37,262 nt of DNA from Acidimicrobiales bacterium (GTDB lineage Bacteria; Actinomycetota; Acidimicrobiia; Acidimicrobiales; Salinilacustritrichaceae), in the NCBI GenBank assembly GCA_036275235.1, contig DASUEE010000325.1, forward strand, positions 1 through 37,262. The letters run 5' to 3'. The first letter of the stretch is position 1; every line of letters begins with the position of its first letter. The notes beneath the pieces are model-generated. The model made no database searches, was not told where the DNA came from, and saw only the letters and a list, made by a program, of their open reading frames with translations. The position numbers and the translations under genes were made by a program. Positions 18,947-26,227 of the stretch are shown here, one piece after another.

Positions 18947-19171
18947 ATGCCCGCAACCCCCAGCCCGTCCGAACCCCTGGTGATCGACTGCGCCACCTGC
19001 ATCGGCCCCTCGGTGGGCGCCTGCGACGACTGCGTCGTCACGTTCCTGTGCGATCGCGACCCGGACGACGCGGTGGTCATCGACGTCGGCGAGGCACGAG
19101 CGCTGCGGCTGCTGGCCGACGCCGACCTGGTCCCCGGCCTGCGCCACCACCCGGTCGATCGCGGGGCCTGA
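18947..19171 (+). CDS. Small Cys-rich hypothetical protein (CxxC-x7-CxxC)
   Basis: VIDCATC..ACDDCVVTFL..ALRLLADADLVPGLRH; GGAGG RBS before ATG 18947. Confidence 0.75.
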   Translation: MPATPSPSEPLVIDCATCIGPSVGACDDCVVTFLCDRDPDDAVVIDVGEARALRLLADADLVPGLRHHPVDRGA

Positions 19172-19264
19172 GGCCCTGGTCAGGCGTCCGATGGGTCGCG
19201 ATCGTTCCGGTATGGGGTGGTACCGTGCCGCCCCGCGGCCGCCGTCTGCCTGCCGCGTGCTCCG

Positions 19265-21034
19265 ATGCACGATCTCACGCTCGTCGGCTTCACCACGGAT
19301 CGCCGTGGCCTCATCTTCCGCAGCGCAGCCGGCGCGCGTGGGGACAGCTACGTGGTCCCGCTCACCGACGAGCTGATCTCGCTCGTCGCAGAGCTCGGCG
19401 ACGAGGAGACCGAGGAGCTCGACGGCGCGGGCGGTGACGAGGTCGAGGAGGTCGCCGGCGGTTCCGTCCTCGTCCACGACGACCCCGGCCACCGTCCTCG
19501 TTCGATGCTGTCGGTCCGGGACATCCAGGCTCGGCTCCGGGCGGGGGAGAGCACCGCCCAGGTGGCGTCCGAGGCCGGGGTCGACGACGAGTGGATCGAG
19601 CGGTTCGCCCCGCCCGTGCGCGCCGAGCAGCGCCGCGTGGTCGACCAGGCGCTCGAGTGCCACCTCGAGCGGGCCCGCGCCGGGCAGTCGGCCGTCCCGC
19701 TGCGGCGGGCGGTGGGCATGGCGATGGCCGACAAGGGCATCGCGTTCACGATCACCGCGTTCGAGGCCGCCTGGTCCTCGCACCTCATCGGGCACGACCG
19801 CTGGGCGGTGACCTTCACCTACCGGCACCGCGGCCGGGACCACCGGGCCACCTGGATCTACGACTCCGGCTCGGGGGAGCTCACGACCTCGGACCGCACG
19901 GCGTCCCAGATCGGCTACGTGCCCGGCACCGCGAAGGTGCGCGACGACGCGGGCGTCGCCGTCGACGGCATCGTCGGCGACCCGGCGGCGACCACCCAGA
20001 TCGGCGTGGCCGAGCCCGCTCCGCCCCGCCGCCGGCGGGCCAGTCGCTCGGCGACCGCGCCGGCCGGGGACGCGGTGCCGCCGGCGGGCGCCACGAAGGC
20101 GGCGTCGAAGGGGAAGCGATCGAAGGGTCGCCCGGCGTCGGCGACGCGGACCGCCGCGAAGAAGGCGGCCGCGAAGAAGGCGGTACCGAAGAAGGCGGCG
20201 CCGAAGAAGGCGGCCACGAAGAAGCGCGCCGGCAGCGGGAAGAAGGCCGCGCCGAAGAGGGCGGCGACCAAGAAGAAGACGGGCAGGAAGACGGCGGCGA
20301 CCAAGAAGAAGACGGGCACGACGAAGAAGACGGGCGCGACGAAGACGGGCGCGACGAAGGCGCCGGCGAAGACGCGGGCAGCGACGAGGTCGGCTGCCCC
20401 GAAGAAGGCCGTGCCCCGCAAGGCTGCGGCGCCGAAGCGCACCTCGGCCACGAAGACGCCGGCGCCGGCGTCGCGCGCCGGCTCGACGGCTGCCGCCCCC
20501 ACGCGGCCGGCGCCTGCCGCCGCCACCCGATCGCCACGACCCACGCCGGCCGGCCCTCCGGCGGCGCCGCCCCGCACGACCCCGCCGTCGGAGCCGCCGG
20601 TCCCGGCTCCCGCCCCGGCGGACGTGCTCCTCGGCGACGACGAGCGCCTGCGGATCCGGTCCCGTCGGGCCGGCGATCGTCCCGCCCGCGCCGAGCTCCC
20701 CGTCACCGCGCGCGACGTCGCGCCCCGGCCGGGAGCCGTCGACCTCGACGAGGTCCCGCTCGCCCCGGCGCCGCACCGCCGGCCGGAGCCCCCGAGCGGC
20801 AACGGCCGTCCTCCCGCCGGCGAGCGGCCGCCCGAGCTCGAGCGCATCCCCGACGCCCCGGGCGTGGTCGACACCACCGCCGCCGACCGTGCCGACGCAC
20901 GCCGGGCCCGCGCCGCCGAGCGCAACGCGCCCACGGTGCAGTTCCGCAGCGGGTCGGCCGTGCCCGTCCGCCGTGCCGACGCCAACGGGGCCGGCCGGGT
21001 CCCCTCGCGCCGCCGCCAGCTCCGGGCCCGGTGA
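19265..21034 (+). CDS. sepH: Septation protein SepH (DUF3071) with long disordered, Lys/Ala-rich C-terminal region
   Basis: MHDLTLVG...LSVRDIQARLRAGESTAQVASEAGV...IERFAPPVRAEQ matches the DUF3071 HTH; W..TFTY...ATW.YD second motif. Confidence 0.8.
   Translation: MHDLTLVGFTTDRRGLIFRSAAGARGDSYVVPLTDELISLVAELGDEETEELDGAGGDEVEEVAGGSVLVHDDPGHRPRSMLSVRDIQARLRAGESTAQVASEAGVDDEWIERFAPPVRAEQRRVVDQALECHLERARAGQSAVPLRRAVGMAMADKGIAFTITAFEAAWSSHLIGHDRWAVTFTYRHRGRDHRATWIYDSGSGELTTSDRTASQIGYVPGTAKVRDDAGVAVDGIVGDPAATTQIGVAEPAPPRRRRASRSATAPAGDAVPPAGATKAASKGKRSKGRPASATRTAAKKAAAKKAVPKKAAPKKAATKKRAGSGKKAAPKRAATKKKTGRKTAATKKKTGTTKKTGATKTGATKAPAKTRAATRSAAPKKAVPRKAAAPKRTSATKTPAPASRAGSTAAAPTRPAPAAATRSPRPTPAGPPAAPPRTTPPSEPPVPAPAPADVLLGDDERLRIRSRRAGDRPARAELPVTARDVAPRPGAVDLDEVPLAPAPHRRPEPPSGNGRPPAGERPPELERIPDAPGVVDTTAADRADARRARAAERNAPTVQFRSGSAVPVRRADANGAGRVPSRRRQLRAR
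20092..20457 (+). repeat. Degenerate 15-bp coding tandem repeats encoding histone-H1-like xKKAA units
   Basis: GCGAAGAAGGCGGCC-type units; about 34 Lys and no Asp/Glu in about 120 aa (counted by eye). Confidence 0.85.
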
Positions 21035-22272
21035 GCCCGTCGCCTCCCAGGTCGGCGGGCGCCGCGCTGCTCGAGCGCGCACGCGCCGCCGGGCTCGCCG
21101 CCGGCCTCGATGCCGTGGGCGCCACCGACGTGGCGCCGTTCCCCGAGGTCCGCCGGTCCCTCGAGCGCCGGAAGGCCAGCGGGGCCCACGCCGGCATGTC
21201 GTTCACCTTCCGGAACCCGCGCCGCTCCACCGAGCCCACCCGGCTCCTGCGCGACGCCCGCACGCTCGTCGTGGCCGCGAAGGGCTACCTCGAGCCCCGC
21301 CCGCCCCGCCCGCCGGGGCCCGTGGCCGCCGTCGCCCGGTACGCCTGGCGCGACCACTACGCCGAGCTGCGGGCCGGCCTCGACGCCGTCGCCGAGGTGC
21401 TGCGCGACTCCGGCCACCGTGCCGCGGTCTTCGCGGACGACAACGCCCTGGTCGACCGCGCCGCCGCGCACCGCGCCGGGATCGGCTGGTGGGGCAAGAG
21501 CGCCAACCTGCTCGTGCCCGGCGCCGGCAGCTGGTTCGTGCTGGGCACGGTCGTCACCGATGCGGCGTTGCCGGTGGCCGCCGACCCGGTGGCCGACGGG
21601 TGCCGCAGCTGCACCCGGTGCCTCGACGGGTGCCCCACCGGCGCCATCGTCGCCCCCGGCGAGATCGACGCCCGCCGCTGCCTGGCGTGGCTCGTCCAGG
21701 CGACGGGCCCGTTCCCGCGCCAGCACCGGGCCGCCCTCGGCGACCGCATCTACGGCTGCGACGACTGCCAGGACGTCTGCCCGCCGGGCGTCGGCGACGT
21801 CCGCGCCCTCGAGACCGAGGTGGACGAGCGCGCCGATCGGCGCGGCCGTGCGGTCCCGCACCACCAGCGCGCCGATCCTCCCACGGTCGCCGATCCGCCC
21901 GAGGCCTGGGTCGACCTGCTCGACCTGCTCGACCCGCGGACCACGGACGAGGCGCTCCTCGCCCGCCACGGCCGCTGGTACGTCCCGCGACGCGACGCCC
22001 GCTACCTGCGCCGCAACGCCCTCGTCGTCCTCGGCAACGTCGGCGACGGCGCCGACCCGACGCAGCGCGCCGTGCTCGCCCACTGGTGCACCGCACCCGA
22101 CGAGCTGCTGCGGGCCCACGCCGTCTGGGCCGCGGCGCGGCTCGGCCTGCACGAGCTCGTGGCCGCACGGGCGGACGACCCGAGCCCGCTGGTGCGCGCC
22201 GAGGTCGCCCTCGCTCCCGGCGTGGTCCCGGCGCCGGGCGCGGTGGCGTCGACTCGCGTCCGCGTCGGCTGA
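21031..22272 (+). CDS. queG: tRNA epoxyqueuosine(34) reductase
   Basis: VARYAW..HY, AGIGWWGKS, GSWFVLG, CRSCTRCLDGCPTGAI, IDARRCL, YGCDDCQDVCP, RRNALVVLGN; GTGA overlap with sepH. Confidence 0.9.
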   Translation: MSPSPPRSAGAALLERARAAGLAAGLDAVGATDVAPFPEVRRSLERRKASGAHAGMSFTFRNPRRSTEPTRLLRDARTLVVAAKGYLEPRPPRPPGPVAAVARYAWRDHYAELRAGLDAVAEVLRDSGHRAAVFADDNALVDRAAAHRAGIGWWGKSANLLVPGAGSWFVLGTVVTDAALPVAADPVADGCRSCTRCLDGCPTGAIVAPGEIDARRCLAWLVQATGPFPRQHRAALGDRIYGCDDCQDVCPPGVGDVRALETEVDERADRRGRAVPHHQRADPPTVADPPEAWVDLLDLLDPRTTDEALLARHGRWYVPRRDARYLRRNALVVLGNVGDGADPTQRAVLAHWCTAPDELLRAHAVWAAARLGLHELVAARADDPSPLVRAEVALAPGVVPAPGAVASTRVRVG

Positions 22273-22292
22273 GCGGGCACCCTGGCTCCGCG

Positions 22293-23405
22293 ATGGCGCA
22301 CCTCCTCGTCACCAACGACTTCCCGCCCAAGATCGGCGGCATCCAGACCCTGCTGGGCGAGCTGTGGCGGCGGCTGGACCCGGCGTCGTTCACGGTCCTG
22401 ACCACGCCTCAGGAGGGTGCCGAGGACTGGGATGCGGAGCAGGCCTTCCGCGTGGTGCGCACCCGCGAGCCTGTCCTGGTGCCCCACCCGGGCCTGGTGC
22501 GGCGCATCGACGACCTCGCCGAGGAGGTCGGCGCCGACGTCGTGGTGCTCGACCCCGCGCTGCCCCTCGGGCTGCTCGGCCGCCACCTCCGGAAGCCCTA
22601 CGACCTGCTCCTGCACGGCGCCGAGGTCACCGTGCCCGGCCGGTTGCCGGGGTCGCGCCAGGCGCTGCGCCACGTCCTGCTCGGCGCCCGCCGCGTCATC
22701 GCCTTCGGTGGGTACCCGGCGGCGGAGGCCGAGCGCGCCGCGGGGCGACCGCTGCCGCTGCACACCATCCCCTGCGGCATCGACACCAGCCGGTTCCGGC
22801 CGCTCGACCCCGCCGAGCGCCGGGAGGTCCGGGAGCGCTACGGCCTCCACGACGGCCCCCTCGTGGTCAGCCTCAGCCGCCTCGTGCCCCGCAAGGGGAT
22901 GGACGTCCTGATCGACGCAGCGGCGCGCCTCGCGAGCCGGGTCCCCGGCCTGCAGGTCGCCATCGCCGGAAGCGGCCGCGATCGCCCCCGGCTCGAGCGG
23001 CGGGTCGCCTCCACGGGCGCGCCCGTGCACTTCCTCGGCCGGGTGCCGGAGGAGGACCTCGCCCTCGTGCACGGGATGGCCGACGCCTACGCCATGCTCT
23101 GCCGCAACCGGTGGGGCGGGCTCGAGCAGGAGGGCTTCGGCATCGTCTTCCTCGAGGCCGCAGCCGCGGGCGTGCCCCAGGTCGCCGGCGACAGCGGCGG
23201 TGCGTCGGAGGCCGTCGCCCACGGCGAGACCGGCTTCGTCGTCGACCCCACCGATGTCGTCGCCGTGGCCGACGCCCTCGGGGTGTTGCTCACCGACGGC
23301 GCCCTGCGCGCCAGGATGGGCCAGGCCGCCCGAGCCCGGGCCGTCGAGCAGTTCGACCACGACCGGCTGGCCCCGAGGCTCGCCGCCGCCATCGAGGAGC
23401 CGTGA
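22293..23405 (+). CDS. GT4 glycosyltransferase, PimB'/MgtA-like mannosyltransferase
   Basis: LLVTNDFPPKIGGIQ, SRLVPRKGMD, EGFGIVFLEAAA, GDSGGA. Confidence 0.88.
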   Translation: MAHLLVTNDFPPKIGGIQTLLGELWRRLDPASFTVLTTPQEGAEDWDAEQAFRVVRTREPVLVPHPGLVRRIDDLAEEVGADVVVLDPALPLGLLGRHLRKPYDLLLHGAEVTVPGRLPGSRQALRHVLLGARRVIAFGGYPAAEAERAAGRPLPLHTIPCGIDTSRFRPLDPAERREVRERYGLHDGPLVVSLSRLVPRKGMDVLIDAAARLASRVPGLQVAIAGSGRDRPRLERRVASTGAPVHFLGRVPEEDLALVHGMADAYAMLCRNRWGGLEQEGFGIVFLEAAAAGVPQVAGDSGGASEAVAHGETGFVVDPTDVVAVADALGVLLTDGALRARMGQAARARAVEQFDHDRLAPRLAAAIEEP

Positions 23406-23905
23406 TCCCCGAGCACCCCCCGGAGCCGGCCGACGCCACGTCGGGCCCCGCCGCCGACGTCCCCGTGGGCGACCCGGACGCGGGCGCCGGGCTGGTCCTG
23501 CTCGACTTCGTCGGCACCGCCGCCCTGCTCGTCGCCTGCGTCGCCGGCATCGTCGCCCCCGACGGCGCCGGGACCTTCACCGCGGTCGCCTCCGGCGTGC
23601 TGTTCGCCGTCGGCGTCGCGCTCTTCGTCTGGGGCTACGCCAACGGCGTGGTGCGCTCCCGCGAGGAGCAGATCACGCTCTCCGGTCTCTTCTTCCTCAC
23701 CGGCACCGCACCGCCGGTGGTGCGCTTCCGCCTGCGGCTCGCGCTCGCGGTGCAGGTCGTGCTCGCCGTCGCCGCGGCCAGCATCCGGCCGTACACCGCG
23801 GTCGCCTTCGCGGTGCTGGCACCGATGCTGGGCCTCGGGGTGATGGCGGCGTGGGGTGCCCGCCACGGGACCTTCCACCCCCGGGACGATCCCCGACGCC
23901 CGTGA
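23402..23905 (+). CDS. Hypothetical membrane protein (about 4 TM)
   Basis: GTGA overlaps at both ends; four hydrophobic segments; SREEQITLSGLFFL and ARHGTF motifs. Confidence 0.75.
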   Translation: MIPEHPPEPADATSGPAADVPVGDPDAGAGLVLLDFVGTAALLVACVAGIVAPDGAGTFTAVASGVLFAVGVALFVWGYANGVVRSREEQITLSGLFFLTGTAPPVVRFRLRLALAVQVVLAVAAASIRPYTAVAFAVLAPMLGLGVMAAWGARHGTFHPRDDPRRP

Positions 23906-24138
23906 GCCCGCCCCTCTGGCTCGTCATCCTCGGCCTCGAGCTGCCGGCCATCGTCGCCATGTCCGACTGCCTCCAGCGACCCCCCGACCACTTCGAGGGC
24001 GGCGCCGACGACCGCACTGCCTGGCGGCGGTGGCTGGTCGTCGCGATCCTGCTCGTCCCGGTCCTCCTCGGCTACGGGATCCTGCTCGGGTACTACTACG
24101 TCGTCATCCGCCGGAACACGCCGGGGAGCCCGCGATAG
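23902..24138 (+). CDS. Small 2-TM hypothetical protein
   Basis: GTGA overlap; TM-(DCLQRPPDHF..W..W)-TM-YYYVVIRR, resembling PLDc_N/DUF2516-type hairpins. Confidence 0.65.
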   Translation: MSPPLWLVILGLELPAIVAMSDCLQRPPDHFEGGADDRTAWRRWLVVAILLVPVLLGYGILLGYYYVVIRRNTPGSPR

Positions 24139-24162
24139 GGGGCGATCTGGCAGGATCGCCCC

Positions 24163-24603
24163 ATGCCCGACCAGGCCACCCAGCACATGCACATCGAGGC
24201 CCCGCTCGAGCGGATCTGGGCGGTGCTGACCGACTTCGAGGCGTACCCGACCTGGGCCCGCGACCTGAAGGACGTCACGGTCGTGCAGCGCGACGAGGAC
24301 GACCGTCCGAGCCTCGTGCGCTTCCGTGCCGCCGCCATGGGTCGGTCCACCACGTACACGCTGGCCTACGACTGGTCCGAGGAGCCGCACCGGCTGCCGT
24401 GGAAGCTGGTCTCGGGTGACATCCAGAAGGTGCTCGACGGTGCCTACGAGTTCACCGAGACCGACACCGGCACCGACGTCACCTACCACCTCGAGGTCGA
24501 CCTGGCCATCCCGCTCCCCGGGTTCGTGAAGCGCCGGGCGGAGGCACGCATCATCTCCACGGCGCTGCGCGAGCTGCGGGCCCACGTGACCGGCCGGCCC
24601 TGA
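24163..24603 (+). CDS. SRPBCC / polyketide cyclase-like (START-fold) protein
   Basis: IEAPLERIWAVLTDFEAYPTWA, YTLAYDW, LDGAYEF, IPLPGFVKRRAE. Confidence 0.9.
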   Translation: MPDQATQHMHIEAPLERIWAVLTDFEAYPTWARDLKDVTVVQRDEDDRPSLVRFRAAAMGRSTTYTLAYDWSEEPHRLPWKLVSGDIQKVLDGAYEFTETDTGTDVTYHLEVDLAIPLPGFVKRRAEARIISTALRELRAHVTGRP

Positions 24604-24608
24604 GCTCG

Positions 24609-25775
24609 GTGCGGATCCTGCTCTTCACGGGGAAGGGCGGCGTCGGCAAGACCACCACGGCCGCCGCCACCGCCCTGCGCTGCGCCGACGCCGGCCAGCG
24701 CACGATCGTGCTGTCCACCGACCCCGCGCACTCGCTGGCCGACGCCTTCGACACGCCGCTGGGCGACCTGCCGGTCGAGGTCGTCGACGGGCTGTGGGGC
24801 CAGCAGCTCGACGCCCAGGACCGCCTCGAGGAGGCGTGGGACGACATCCAGGACTGGCTCCAGGCGGTGTTCCGCTGGGGCGGGGTGGAGGAGATCGAGG
24901 CCGAGGAGCTCTCCGTGGTCCCCGGCCTCGACGAGATCTTCGCCCTCACCGACATCAAGCGCTGCGCGGCGTCGGGGGAGTGGGACACGATCGTCGTCGA
25001 CTGCGCTCCCACCGCCGAGACCATCCGGCTGCTGTCGCTGCCCGGCGTGCTGGCGTGGTGGATGGAGCGGCTGTTCCCCATGGGCCGTCGCGTCAACAAG
25101 CTGGTCAGCCCGCTGCTCGGTTCCGTCACCGACCTCCCCGTGCCCGGCGACGACGTCTTCGCCTCGGTCGAGCGCTTCTACGAGCGGCTCGACGGCGTGA
25201 AGGAGCTGCTCACGGACCGGACGGTGACGTCGGCTCGCCTGGTCGTGAACCCGGAGCGGGTGGTGGTGGCCGAGGCCCGGCGCACCTTCACCTACCTGTC
25301 GCTCTTCGGCTACAGCGTCGACGCCGTCGTGGCGAACCGGCTCCTGCCGGACACCGTCTCCGACCCCTGGTTCGAGGACTGGCGCCGCCGCCACGTCGAG
25401 CACCTCGCCGCCATCGAGGAGGGCTTCGCGCCGCTGCCGGTCCTGCGTGCGGAGCTCGCTCCGCACGAGCTGGTCGGCATCGACCGGCTCCGCGCGTTCG
25501 GCGCCGCGCTGTACGGCGACGATGACCCGGCGGCAGCCCGAGCCGACGTCTCACCCCTGCGCCTCGAGCGCACGGAGGCGGGCGACGTCCTGTCGGTCGA
25601 CCTGCCCTTCACCGACCGGGACGAGCTCACCCTCGGCCGCCGGGAGGACGAGCTGCTCGTGCGGGTCGGCCCCTACCGGCGGTCCATCCTGCTGCCCGAC
25701 TCCCTCCGCCGGCGAGCGGTCGCCGACGCCGCCCTGCGCGACGGCGCCCTCCGGGTGACGTTCGCCCCCCGCTGA
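24609..25775 (+). CDS. ArsA/Get3-family ATPase with C-terminal HSP20-like domain
   Basis: FTGKGGVGKTT, STDPAHSL, VDCAPT; C-terminal LPF..ELLVRVGPYRRSILLP..LRVTF. Confidence 0.92.
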   Translation: MRILLFTGKGGVGKTTTAAATALRCADAGQRTIVLSTDPAHSLADAFDTPLGDLPVEVVDGLWGQQLDAQDRLEEAWDDIQDWLQAVFRWGGVEEIEAEELSVVPGLDEIFALTDIKRCAASGEWDTIVVDCAPTAETIRLLSLPGVLAWWMERLFPMGRRVNKLVSPLLGSVTDLPVPGDDVFASVERFYERLDGVKELLTDRTVTSARLVVNPERVVVAEARRTFTYLSLFGYSVDAVVANRLLPDTVSDPWFEDWRRRHVEHLAAIEEGFAPLPVLRAELAPHELVGIDRLRAFGAALYGDDDPAAARADVSPLRLERTEAGDVLSVDLPFTDRDELTLGRREDELLVRVGPYRRSILLPDSLRRRAVADAALRDGALRVTFAPR

Positions 25776-25798
25776 GCCCGCTCCCGGAGCTCCGGCTC

Positions 25799-25842
25799 CG
25801 CTGGTCGTGGATCGACCAGATCTGGTCGCGTTCCGACCAGCG
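25799..25842. repeat. 44-bp nested palindrome built from four CTGGTCG/CGACCAG units
   Basis: CGCTGGTCG-TGGAT-CGACCAGATCTGGTCG-CGTTC-CGACCAGCG. Confidence 0.75.
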
Positions 25843-25882
25843 AACGCCGAGGTGGGGCGGGTTCTGGCACGATGGCGACGCC

Positions 25883-26224
25883 ATGCCCGACGCGCCCCAC
25901 GACGAGCCCGGTCCCGCCGACGAGGTCCTGCAGGCGGGGATCGAGCAGTTCCAGCGCGCGGCCCTCGAGGCGATCCGGGCGGGGCGCGCCGTGCTCGACG
26001 CCGCCGAGTCCATGCTCCAGCACCCAGGCGCCGCCGAGCAGGTCGTGCGGACCGTCGCCGAGGTCGCCCGGAGCGCCACCGAGACCGTCGCCGGCCTCGC
26101 CGGACGCGGCTGGGCCGCCCGGTCGTCGCCGGCGGGAGCCGACGACCCCGGAGCCGACGACCCCGGGGACGACGACCCCGACGAGGGGCCTCCGCCCGGG
26201 TTCCAGCGCATCTCGGTGGAGTAG
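25883..26224 (+). CDS. Hypothetical protein (helical N-terminus, acidic linker, QRISVE end) in the usual post-ArsA position
   Basis: Good codon style; FQRAALEAIRAGRAVLDAAE helix; 3 x 15-bp repeat at 26135-26179. Confidence 0.75.
   Translation: MPDAPHDEPGPADEVLQAGIEQFQRAALEAIRAGRAVLDAAESMLQHPGAAEQVVRTVAEVARSATETVAGLAGRGWAARSSPAGADDPGADDPGDDDPDEGPPPGFQRISVE
26135..26179 (+). repeat. Three 15-bp coding tandem repeats (GADDP/GADDP/GDDDP)
   Basis: GGAGCCGACGACCCC twice, then GGGGACGACGACCCC. Confidence 0.8.
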
Positions 26225-26227
26225 CGG

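Noticed and set aside
20092-20457. Possible CRISPR or non-coding repeat array
   Set aside because: Degenerate 15-bp in-frame units without unique spacers; no cas genes
19915-20537. Hydrophobic FFAA-repeat membrane protein on the minus strand
   Set aside because: Antisense translation of the lysine-rich repeat
19591-22272. 893-aa ORF suggesting an acidic-repeat fusion to QueG
   Set aside because: The EEGG repeats are the alternative frame of the sepH KKAA repeats; queG has its own GTG at 21031 overlapping the sepH stop
24609-25775. Arsenic-resistance operon
   Set aside because: No arsB/acr3/arsC/arsR/arsD nearby; single ATPase domain with HSP20-like tail
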